DNA of 64,000 nucleotides, from assembly GCF_036971445.1 (NCBI RefSeq), contig NC_091475.1, forward strand, positions 54,126,001 through 54,190,000. The letters run 5' to 3'. Position 1 is the first letter of the stretch, and each line of letters starts with the position of its first letter. The DNA comes from Narcine bancroftii (lineage: Eukaryota). Of this stretch, positions 51,401 through 62,539 are shown in pieces. A program made the translations under genes and the position numbers. Under the pieces are notes generated by a model. The model made no database searches, was not told the origin of the DNA, and was given only the letters and a program-made list of their open reading frames with translations.

Positions 51401-52436
51401 ATAATTCACAATTGTCACTCTTCTGTGATGTACTTAAGGTTTGAATCGCACACCCTGACCTCATTCAAATTTTTTGGTGATTGTTGTATCATCCTGTAAT
51501 TTTTCTGAAATAATGTAAGAATTTTAGCCAATCAGCAGCATTGCTTTGAGGGAGCATCTCAAGGGATTCTGGAAATTGGGAGCCAGACTTTGTCAAAGAG
51601 CTTCAGTGTTTTTTTTTGCCCCTGTGACCACTGCCAAGTTACCCTTCAATGAGAGGAGGAATCCCTCTGATTCCCCGCTTCAGGGAATGTCTGACTCCAG
51701 CAGCATTGCTTTGCCACAATGTCATTTGTCCTCTTTTTACGTGAAGACACAGCAGAATATTGTTGCTATGGTGTCGCTGTTACTGTTAGCAACATTGCTT
51801 TTCCATCTTGCTCTCCCTGAAACTCCATAAAAGCAAAGTGTCAATGATTTCATGAAAATCTTTGACAAGCTTTTTTATCCCTTCTTGTGCAAGAGTAATG
51901 AGCCAAGAGAATTGATGAGCTCTGGGTGAATCATGCAACATCTTGATATAGTTCACACCATTGCATCTTGCAAGTGCAATAAAAAAAATTGTTTACTGAA
52001 CATGTTTTCATGAGGCAGCTTTCTCAATAATCAAATCAGTGATTGACTAATGTGAGAAATAGTTTGTTTTATAATTCATTTCATTGTTTTAGTTTCTGAC
52101 TCTCAATTCTTCTGGGTGATTAGTGGGTATCTTGGGAACGGGGATTGGGGAGGGGGGGGAAGCGGGTAAAAATTGCGACAAGGGTTATCTTCATTTGGTT
52201 TCTCCCTGGTGACCACTGTCAAATTAAATATCAATGAGAGGGCGAATGCGTGTTTTTTTTTGCTTCAGTGTGGTTTTGTGAGATTCAAATAAGGGTTGTT
52301 AGAAGTTATGTGAGGCATTATTTCTTATGAAACCCAGCTAATGCCAGATGTATGGTATCAAAATCATTCAGTAGCAAGCAATTGAAATTAAATGTCAATC
52401 ATCACCAACATGGGTCCATCAGTTTGGAAACAACAA

Positions 52437-53306
52437 TCTGTCTCTCCCTCCACCTGCCTCTCAAGCTCTCACACCTTATCCTTCACACCCCATCATCTCT
52501 GTCTCTCCCTCCACCTGCCTCTCAAGCTCTCACACCTTCTCCTTCACACCCCATCACCTCTGTCTCTCCCTCCACCTGCCTCTCAAGCTCTCACACCTTC
52601 TCCTTCACACCCCATCATCTCTGTCTCTCCCTCCACCTGCCTCTCAAGCTCTCACACCTTCTCCTTCACACCCCATTACCTCTGTCACTCCCTCCACCTG
52701 CCTCTCAAGCTCTCACACCTTCTCCTTCACACCCCATCACCTCTGTCTCTCCCTCCACTTGCCTCTCAAGCTCTCACACCTTCTTCACACCCTATCACCT
52801 CTGTCTCTCCCTCCACCTGCCTCTCAAGCTCTCACACCTTCTCCTTCACACCCCATCACCTCTGTCCCTCCCTCCACCTGCCTCTCAAGCTCTCACACCT
52901 TCTCCTTCACACCCCATCACCTCTGTCTCTCCCTCCACCTGCCTCTCAAGTTCTCACACCTTCTCCTTCACACCCCAACACCTCTGTCTCTCCCTCCATC
53001 TGCTTCTCAAGCTCTCACACCTTCTCCTTCACACCCCATCACCTCTGGGCTCTCCCTCCACCTGCCTCTCAAGCTCTCACACCTTCCCCTTCACACCCCA
53101 TCACCTCTGTCTCTCCCTCCACCTGCCTCTCAAGCTCTCACACCTTCTCCTTCACACCCCATCACCTCTGTCTCTCCCTCCACCTGCCTCTCAAGCTCTC
53201 ACACCTTCTCCTTCACACCCCATCACCTCTGGGCTCTCCCTCCACCTGCCTCTCAAGCTCTCACACCTTCTCTTTCACACCCCATCATCTCTGGGCTCTC
53301 CCTCCA
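52437..53306. repeat. 61-bp minisatellite, about 14 copies
   Basis: unit CTCTGTCTCTCCCTCCACCTGCCTCTCAAGCTCTCACACCTTCTCCTTCACACCCCATCAC. Confidence 0.97.
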
Positions 53307-53485
53307 GCTTCTTTCCCTCTTCCTACGTGCATTCAACCTTTGTATCTTCATCTTAGTTTCAATGAAGGGTCCCAACCCAAAACGTTGACTGACCATTTCT
53401 GCTCGCGGATGCTTGTTTGATCTGCTGAGCTCTTCCAGCACATTTCTGTGTTTGCTTAAATTCCAGCATTTTGCAGCTTCTTCTT
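53307..53485 (+). mobile_element. Penelope-like pseudo-LTR with decayed hammerhead-like core
   Basis: TCAATGA-AGGGTCCCAACCC-AAAACGTTGAC then GATCTGCTGAGCTCTTCCAGC. Confidence 0.7.
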
Positions 53486-54913
53486 TCTTGATCGAATAAG
53501 GGTGGGCCCAGAAAATCCTGATCAGTCTTCGCTGCATGGAAACTCAGGCCCTACAAAATGATTCACGAAGTCTGGGTGGGTGGGTGGGTGGCTGAGCGAG
53601 GATCTCTGGCTTCCCGGCAGCATTGTAAAATGAAAGTCTACTCCATGCTTTGGGCCATTATTGTCCTGTAAGTCACATCCCAACAATTATATTTTTCCAA
53701 TTTACATGGAACCAGCCATCTTACAGCTGGTTTCATTTAATCTTTAAAAGAAGATAAAAGTTTGAAGGATAGAACAGAATGTTTTATGACATCTTGTTTT
53801 TATATTTTTTTATATAATTTCATGCAATGGCAGTAAATCATATGTTCATATTTTCAATAAATCCTATTTTATTCCAATTAATGCCCATCAAATTTTATAA
53901 ATGACTGTCTCTGATCATTCTCCTGAATGAATGTTAATTAACACTTATTTCATGGAACTTAGTGATATTGTATTGTTCATTGAATTCTTCTTTTTCAGCC
54001 ACCCACCTCTTCCTGTTAACTTACTCAGTTCTGACACCACACGTGGTTTGCATTTTTCACACCAGCACAATCAATCCTCTTGCTGCAAATGGTGGCGATG
54101 TTATGTAATGAGGAGCCTCAGTGAAAAGTTTGAGTTTGTCATTGATAGGCTCAGAGATGAAAACGTCGACTTCTGTTCTCACGAAGAACAAAGATGCTCA
54201 ACAATGCTCAATATTCAGCACCAGGACTGACCCTAACCAAGTTATACTTCAGTTCTTGCAATCCTTCTCTGGACAATTAATCAGTGAAAGCAGGAGGAAA
54301 ATGTATTTTACCCCTGAACACACACAAAACATCTCTCTGCAAAGAAAGGTTTGAAAGAAAATTGCACTAAGTGGGTCAGTCAAATACCTAAAATGATCTC
54401 AGGACTTGCTTAGCTATGTCTTTCAAAAGACTCGCTAGGAAAAATTTCCAAATAAGTTAAGAGATTGAGCAACTATTAAGTGTTACACAAAGAATATATG
54501 GTGCATGACAGGCCATTTAAACAATTGGGTTCACTCCAACATTGATGCTTATTGGCAACTTTTCCCACTCTCACTTATCGAGAAAAATACACCCCTATGG
54601 CTTTCGCATCTGATATTCTCCTCAATTAACGTTGAGCGTTCCATGCATAGAGACTTCTACATTTAAAGCACTCTCTGGGTTAAGAACAACTCCGGATCAT
54701 TCATTTTACTTGAGGGAAATGATCCTAGTCATTAACCACGATGCTAAAATCGAAAGGAAGTGGTGGTGGTGGGGGGTGGGGGTAGGAGGAAATTGTGGTA
54801 TCTTTCATTTTCAATGAGAATTCTGGATATACCTGCCAGTTCTTTACAAAGTTATATTCCAGTAGGAGCCAATATAATTGAAAATCTATATGTCTGCAAT
54901 TCTGAGCCTAAAT

Positions 54914-55131
54914 GGACCAAAATATACTACAACTACAGGACTGAGATCTACCACAACCACCGGACCGAAATCTACTACAACTACGGGACCAAGATCTACC
55001 ACAACTCCCGGACCGAGATCTACCACAACTACCGGACCAAAATCTACCACATCTACCGGACCAAAATCTACCACAACTATCAGACAAAGATTTACATCAA
55101 TTACTAGACCAAGATCTATCACAACTACTGG
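54914..55131. repeat. 24-bp minisatellite, about 9 copies
   Basis: unit near GGACCAAGATCTACCACAACTACC, no indels. Confidence 0.95.
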
Positions 55132-55139
55132 ATAGGTAT

Positions 55140-55350
55140 CAGACCCATTATTCCATTAAAAAAACCCACAAAATGTTGGAAATACTCCTGAGCTTAGGCA
55201 GCCTCTTTGGAATGGAAAAAAATGGAGTTAACTTTTCAAATCAAAGCCTCTTTGACCTGAAACACTACTACTCTTTTTTCCACAAACATTGGTTGGTTTA
55301 CCAAGTGCTTCCTGCAACTTTTGTTTATAATTTCCAGCATCCATCTATTT
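55140..55350. mobile_element. decayed inverted Penelope pLTR pair
   Basis: AAAATGTTGGAAATACT...GACCTGAAAC...AGTGCTTCCTGCAACTTTT. Confidence 0.5.
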
Positions 55351-56358
55351 TTAAATTTCCTTACATCTCCTGGTAAAATTACAAAGTGACAATCGGCTCT
55401 TTAAATGATGATGGGCCAATGGTCTGAATTCTCCCTCAGATGCTGACTCACATCCTGAGTATTTACAGCAGGATTTCAGGTTTGCAGTATCTGCAGCTCC
55501 CGAAAATGCATGTCAAGAATATAGCATTTAATGGAGCGACAGATGCAGTAGATTTTGTGGAAGGGATTCACCACCTTGTCTCATTTATTCCAAGATACTG
55601 ACCTGCAACTACAAGAAATGGTTATTATAAAAGAAATTACATTATGCAAGTACCATGACATATCGAGAATCAGACTTTCTGGCAGGTTATCAATAGTACA
55701 CAGATAGGCTGGTCTCCTACTATAATTCTGTAGTGGTACTATTCAATATGACAGACATTGAGAAACATTGGTAAATAATGGTAAGTCAAATTATTCCCTT
55801 CACCATTATATCCTTTCAAATGATTCAGCAATAAACCAAAAAACTCTGCATCCAGCATGTTCATCAAAGTATGGCTTTCCTTAACTGCACTGCAGTTAAT
55901 TACATCTTTCTCTGAGTCTACATTTACTCCATGATAGTTTAGGGAAATTGTGACAAAGATTTGATTTTTTCTTCGTCAGACACTGAAAATGTGGAATAAT
56001 TGTGGGTTTTTATTTAGATTTTTTTCCCCAACCAAGTAGTGCTCTCCCGGAATACTAATGATGAAAAAGATCAATTTCAAAAGCCACTTTAAACATCAAT
56101 GAAGAAGTTAGGATGACAATTTCTTCCCTTGTAAACTCCCAGTAAGCTTTGCTTTATCACTGGTAAACCATCTGTCAAAATAAATCAACAGGAAAGTCAA
56201 TCTCCTCTTCATCCACTGTAGAGTAGTTCTGAAGAGGATTTGATGGACATCGCAATTTCACGGACTTAAAGATATGCAGGATAAAACATCTTGCTATTTC
56301 CAAATTGGCAATTTTGTAGGTCAGAGTTTTGGCTATGTGGTTATAGGTTGTGTACATT

Positions 56359-57117
56359 ATCGACAATGAGATAGACAACAGACTCGCCAAGGCAAATAGC
56401 GCCTTTGGAAGACTACACAAAAGAGTCTGGAAAAACAACCAACTGAAAAACCTCACAAAGATAAGCGTATACAGAGCCGTTGTCATACCCACACTCCTGT
56501 TTGGCTCCGAATCATGGGTCCTCTACCGGCACCACCTACGGCTCCTAGAACGCTTCCACCAGCGTTGTCTCCGCTCCATCCTCAACATCCATTGGAGCGC
56601 TTACACCCCTAACGTCGAAGTACTCGAGATGGCAGAGGTCGACAGCATCGAGTCCACGCTGCTGAAGATCCAGCTGCGCTGGATGGGTCACGTCTCCAGA
56701 ATGGAGGACCATCGCCTTCCCAAGATCGTGTTATATGGCGAGCTCTCCACTGGCCACCGTGACAGAGGTGCACCAAAGAAAAGGTACAAGGACTGCCTAA
56801 AGAAATCTCTTGGTGCCTGCCACATTGACCACCGCCAGTGGGCTGATAACGCCTCAAACTGTGCATCTTGGCGCCTCACAGTTTGGCGGGCAGCAACCTC
56901 CTTTGAAGAAGACCGCAGAGCCCACCTCACTGACAAAAGGCAAAGGAGGAAAAACCCAACACCCAACCCCAACCAACCAATTTTCCCTTGCAACCGCTGC
57001 AATCGTGTCTGCCTGTCCCGCATCGGACTTGTCAGCCACAAACGAGCCTGCAGCTGACGTGGACTTTTTACCCCCTCCATAAATCTTCGTCCGCGAAGCC
57101 AAGCCAAAGAAAGAAGA
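56359..57117 (+). mobile_element. RTE-clade LINE, 5'-truncated, ORF C-terminus intact
   Basis: ~230 uninterrupted codons IDNEIDNRLAKANSAFGRL...LLFGSESW...RWMGHVSRM...CNRC..H...C; GAA tail. Confidence 0.95.
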
Positions 57118-57283
57118 TTGTTTCCAAACATTGACAGCAAAAAAATCTCTGAGTGAGTAAGGAAGTTGCACAGTTGTATATTCAAAGTCAATAAATTTGC
57201 CTTTAGTAATTTTGAAAATACAGCTTTATCTTTATTTATATTTATCGTTTTATTAATCACACAATAAAATCTTTCAATTCAAT

Positions 57284-57350
57284 TTCAAAGTTGACTTTGA
57301 TCCAAAGTTACACGTGCAGGGCGGCCGCCATTTTGATAAGCAAGCACATG
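57284..57350. promoter_or_regulatory. candidate cis-regulatory motif cluster
   Basis: YY1 consensus GCCGCCATTTTG at 57324-57335, E-box CACGTG at 57311-57316, CAAAGT/GACTTTG nuclear-receptor-like sites, in sequence where I see no repeat. Confidence 0.3.
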
Positions 57351-58186
57351 AGAATCGCAGCTCTGGTGCCTTACATTCATTTTGCTTTTGAAAAGGCACT
57401 GTGAATTAAGTACTTTTATATTGTCAGGACGTTCCGGAGATAAAAAGCCGCTTGCTAAAATGAGCTGGGCACCTCAAATCACTTGCAGAGAATTACCTTT
57501 CTCCATTAATCTTCAACTCTGCCCTAGACTTCAGTGGATGGAAAACTCAGGAAATAGACCAGTGATTTGCTGTTACCAATTTACTCACTCATGCCAGGTC
57601 AAAATGATCACCTCTTGATCTTAACCAGACGTGGACAGGAATTTAAAAAATAAGAAAATATAAGGAAAAAGAATAGGGGATCTGGTCTCTCAAGCCTGCT
57701 CTTCCATTTAAAAAGATCATGGTAGTCGATTGCATGATGTAATATACAACATAGGTATGTGAAAAAAAATTAATATTTAATCATTGTTCCTGAATAGGTA
57801 TTACTGAGTGAAATAAGCCTTGCTAAATGTGTAGATATGCAGAAATACTGAAAGGAAGGGGAAAAATCGCCTTGTGTCCAGTTAATCCTACGATTTCTGG
57901 GGACCATGTGTAATCTGCCTTGTTAAGAACATATTCATTTTTCAAAAATATGTACTTGGTAGATGTCAACTGCTCACAGATGTCACTTGGCAGATGATAA
58001 AGCATGATCAGATTTCTTCCTAAGCCTCGGAGGTAATTCAGTGAAACTCCAGGATATCAATTTAACATGACAACCTCCGTTATTCAACCCTGACCACTTG
58101 ATTCTACAGATGACATTTCCACGCTCCCAGCAGCACAGGAATCATCAGGCTCCATAAAGTATTTGATCATCTCTGCTTCTACTTAC

Positions 58187-58284
58187 ACACGTTGATCATT
58201 AGGTGCACATGAGAATTTCTGACAGCGTCAAATTTGCTAAACGACGACATCTTTCTGAGCATCAGCAACAGTTGAGTACTTTCA
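58187..58284 (-). CDS. candidate internal exon of an unidentified gene
   Basis: acceptor ttttatttcattcag, donor gtaagt, one open frame ESTQLLLMLRKMSSFSKFDAVRNSHVHLMINV. Confidence 0.25.
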
Positions 58285-58399
58285 CTGAATGAAATAAAAT
58301 ATAATCAATAACAATTTAAACTCTTCTGTGATTTGTGAGGAGGTCTACCCCATTATGATCATAATTTATGTAACACTGCAGTAGACAATTTGTATCGCA

Positions 58400-58810
58400 C
58401 TGAAACAGTAACCATGATTAGCATAATGAACAGACAGAAACTATCAGGCCAGCATGCCAATACAAAAGAATGTTGCGACTGTTTCAGCCAATCCATCTCT
58501 GATTTCTCCCATGGCCCTGAACATCAGAGGAGTCAGACTCCGGCCAATTACATTAGCTCCATGCCAGAAAAAGAAATAGCTGAGAGTAGCCGATAGACCA
58601 CTGAGTATGGGACTAAACACCAATTTGCCTGTGACATTGAATGTTCATGCTCCAGAATTAGCTGTGTCTCTCTCGTCCAACCATTCCAGCACAATTACAA
58701 TGACATCTCTCTCACCAGGTGGAAAATTACCCAGGTGTGTTCTGTCCATAAAGAATCCAATTTGCTTTATCACCTCTTTGACAGTCGACCTTTAATCATC
58801 AACAAAATGA
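58400..58810 (+). mobile_element. old CR1-group LINE fragment
   Basis: APELAVSL and WKITQVCSVHK pre-RT motifs. Confidence 0.6.
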
Positions 58811-60239
58811 CACAAGGTGGCACTTTCTCTCTCATCATCTCCCCATTAATGTTGAGCTTGGGATTAGACAGGGAGGCACGTCAGGAGTGCAATGGGACAC
58901 TCTCCTCTTGCTTTGATGATGGTAGCTCAAACAGACACATGATGCGAGTCACAAGCTCACGCACACATGCACCCACGCACGCATCCAAACCCCCCAGGTT
59001 GCAAGCACATGCACGGACACAGATGCAAGCACACGTGCACACACAAACACACACTCTTCCACCCACCCACCCTCCCCTCAAACTCAAGACCATACAACAT
59101 GTAGATACTTGCCTAATCTACTCTGACATGATCTCAGACACCAAGGGCAAAAGGGCAAGAGCCGAGCACACATGGAAGCATGGGCAACTAAACGTTGCCT
59201 TCAGTATCACACAGCACTTTATTTTCAGAAATAAATTGCTGTCTATTTTTGCTGCTGGTTCTAATCCTGGGTCTCACAGTTCAACAACGCTGTGGAAGGT
59301 TTGTAGTGGTTCAACATTACAGCAATGATGACATTTCACAATCAATAGACTGGCATGTTCTTTGCACTGTGTGAGTTTCTGAAAAATGCAAATATACAGT
59401 CTTCTGTCTGCAATGCAACAATTTCATTCCTTATGGCTCAATCTGGATTTGCATTCCTCCTTACTGTAGCCCCTTTCACCCTGCCAATTATGTCTGAGTT
59501 AGCCTGTCAATATTGCAGGTCAAATTGTGCGAATTGCACTGGTGTGAAATGACATAACTGGGCAGGGCGAGAGATTTCAACTGGGCTCTGATAATATGGA
59601 GGGAGCAAGTGTCAGAGCTTGGCTGAGTTAACTCGCCAACCTGCTTGTGCATTGTCATCACTAGAGGCAGGACTTCCCTTAAAACCTCGAGTTGCAGAAT
59701 TACCTGCAAATAATGGTGCGCTGCGAAAGGGTCCCGGGGTCATCTTGCCCCACAGATCTTCCCATTTCCGAGTGAGAAGGGGGCTTGTGACTGACTCCAA
59801 AATTTTTACTCTGAATATTGCCTTAACTGAATGAATTCTGCCCTTAGCTTTGGTCTTGATGTGAGAAAGAAAGATCATTTCTCCACTGGGTTTCATTGTG
59901 TTAGCTTTGAATCAGTGGTGAAGTTCGCCACCACAGTTGGGTCATGGTGGCAAGTTCTGCTCCTGTAACCCAATTACAAAGGCTAACCTGACTCAGTGTG
60001 GTACTGATGGCTACTGTTCAGGCACAGGGGCAGAACTTAAAAAAACCCAGAAGTTCTCAGGAAATAAAATGCTTCAGATACTGAAAATCTGAAATAAAAT
60101 GGAGAACTCGGCAAAATAATTCGAAGGTCATCCTGGACCAATGTGGAGCAAAAAAAAAAGAGATTGATAACTTTTCATTGGAACTGGCAGATCTATGAGA
60201 TCTATTTTTAAAAATTACATTGCAGAGAAAGAGAGATAT

Positions 60240-60522
60240 GTGGGCAGGAAAACAAAATTGAAGGACCCTAGTCCAGGTTAACAGTTCAGAGGTTACATTG
60301 GATCTGAAGAACTCATCAGAAGGTGGTTGAAATCTGGGACATACTGTCCAAGGAGGAGTTGGGCACTCATCCAACTTTTAAGTGGCATTTTAAGGATTTG
60401 TACAGCCATGGCACAAAAGGCGATGGGCCAAATGTTGGTAAGTGGGATCAGCCTCGAGAGATTCTTGAAAGTTAACGTGGACATCTTGAACCAAAGGGCC
60501 ATTTTCTGTGCTGTGTAACTCT
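60240..60522 (+). mobile_element. CR1 3' remnant
   Basis: QKVVEIWDIL..GDGPNVGKWD and AAGGGCCATTTTCTGTGCTGTGTAACTCT tail. Confidence 0.7.
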
Positions 60523-61584
60523 TTGAACAGATGGAATGCAGGAGAGAAAGACACACAGAGGAAAGTAGTAATTGTTATGGTTTGCGCAATGTTAACAGTG
60601 CAGATTTTGGCTGCTGCTTTCCATTGGCTGTGTAGTTTTGGGACATCAAGTTGTGAAAAGCATTCAATCTCATCAATATGGAAAGTGTGTCGCACAAACA
60701 GCAATGATATTTTGTGGCAGCATTTGCTTTATTCTGTCAACTGTGATTTCTTTTTTCTGCCCACAGAATTTATCTTTGTGTCCTTCTATATTTTTCCCAC
60801 CCACCTGCAGTCATTTCTGCCTGCTGCGTAAACATCTCTCAGAAATTGCTCTGCAGTATAAAACAGCTGCCTGTGTTTCACATACATCCTTTTGTACTGC
60901 GGGGCAGATTGGGTCTGGCACAAACAGCAGAAGTACATGTAGAATGCTCAATCTCTTTCTTTCTGCTTGGATATGTGACTTCAGCATTTTGGATATTGAC
61001 AATTTCCAACAATTTTGCAAGAAACTAAAAAGCAATGTCATAAAATTTGCAGTCTTGGATTAAAAGAAGGCAGATATCTGCTCAGGAGTAATATTAAAAC
61101 ACGGCATACACCCAAACCGATCATGGCCAATCAAAACCTTGAGAATTATCTAGTTTTCTGATCTGACTCATTCTGTTCCAAGGATATTGAAGAGTCCTCT
61201 CAGATTCTCTCTCCACAGATGCTACCTGATTTGCTGAGTGTCCCCAGCCTTTCCAGTTCCCACATTTTCAGTTGCATCCTGTTGGGCTTGTGTCAGGTTG
61301 CCAGCTTGATGAAGAGCACATTCATGCCAAGCGATAAGAAGCAAACCAACCTTGAGACATACCAGTGAAAGCCCCCCCAGCCATTGTCATAATACTTGCC
61401 AAGCAACTCACGCAAATAAAATGCAAAGTGTTGTTGAGTATTACGCTGGATGCCAGGTGCGCTGGACAAAGACGGATGTGCTCTCCCAACAAATTTCAAT
61501 TTGCTGCAGCAATTACAGAGACTGATCCAAATTAATAGCTCCCCTTCGACTTTTATCAAACTGGGTCGGTCATTTGCAATACAC

Positions 61585-62225
61585 TGTTGAGCAGACACCT
61601 GGGAGTGTTTGGGCATGAATCTCAAAAAAAAGTTAGTTTATTGGTGCAGCAGGTAATTAAGGCAGCAAATGGGATGTTTGTCTTCATTGCTGGAGGGGCC
61701 AGAATGGAAGAGGAGGGAGATTCTGCTGCATCTACTGGTGAGACCCCACCTGAAATACAGAATGCAATTCTGGTCTCCTGATGTGAGAAAGGATATATTG
61801 TCTTTGGAAGTGGTGTGAGGACCCTGAAACTACATGCAGTGGAGTTGAGAAGGATGAGGGGATATCTTAGAGAAACATATACAGTTATGAAAATAGATAA
61901 CATGGAAACAGGGAGGTTGCAAACACTGACAGGTGAGACAAGAACTAAGGGACATAGCCTAAAGATGCGGAGAAATAGATTCAAGTTGAGAGATAAATGT
62001 CTCATCCAGAGAGTACTGAGCACTTCCCAATGAAGCTGCAGCAAAAGCTTCATTAAATATAGCAGAGACTCAGAGAAAGTGATTTTGAGAAATGGGGGAA
62101 TTAAAGAGAATGGTGAACAGATGTGGAAGTGGGGTTGAGTGAAAATCCTGGCATCCAACCAGGATCCATGATGGTGCAGAATCAATGGGTCAGGTGGCCT
62201 TTTCCCTGCTCCTAATCCTTACGAA
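61585..62225 (+). mobile_element. CR1 3' remnant
   Basis: DLGV..HESQK, ELRRMRGYL, TRTKGHSLK. Confidence 0.8.
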
Positions 62226-62539
62226 CTTCCACTTAAAAATCATAATTCTTTACCCACCACTACAAATTCGCTGCACTCCATCCTTCAAAAGATCCACCAA
62301 TTAATTCCTAGTTTTGCTTCAGCAATGGATTGTGAGGGAACACCAGATGGAAATCTTGTTTTGATAATGTATGTTGTTAACATTGAGCTTTGTAAAATAT
62401 TATGCTGAATGTACCAATATATTTATTTTTATCAATTCGTGTCATTATGCAAATGGAAAAGCATGATGTTGAACTAATGGCAGCATTAATGATAAACGGA
62501 ATTAATCAGCTTATCAAGTGCTTGCTTCTCTGAATTCAT

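Noticed and set aside
52352-53420. Three long overlapping ORFs (334, 342, 209 aa)
   Set aside because: Artefact of a stop-free 61-bp tandem repeat; the period is not a multiple of 3, so every frame cycles through the same peptides.
52437-55131. CRISPR-like arrays
   Set aside because: Head-to-tail tandem repeats with no unique spacers, in eukaryotic DNA with no cas genes.
59705-59811. Minus-strand exon candidate VKILESVTSPLLTRKWEDLWGK
   Set aside because: Weak acceptor with no pyrimidine tract, and same phases as the better candidate at 58187-58284.
60395-60443. Plus-strand exon ending in TTG|GTAAGT
   Set aside because: Falls within a CR1 3' end (GPNVGKWD motif).
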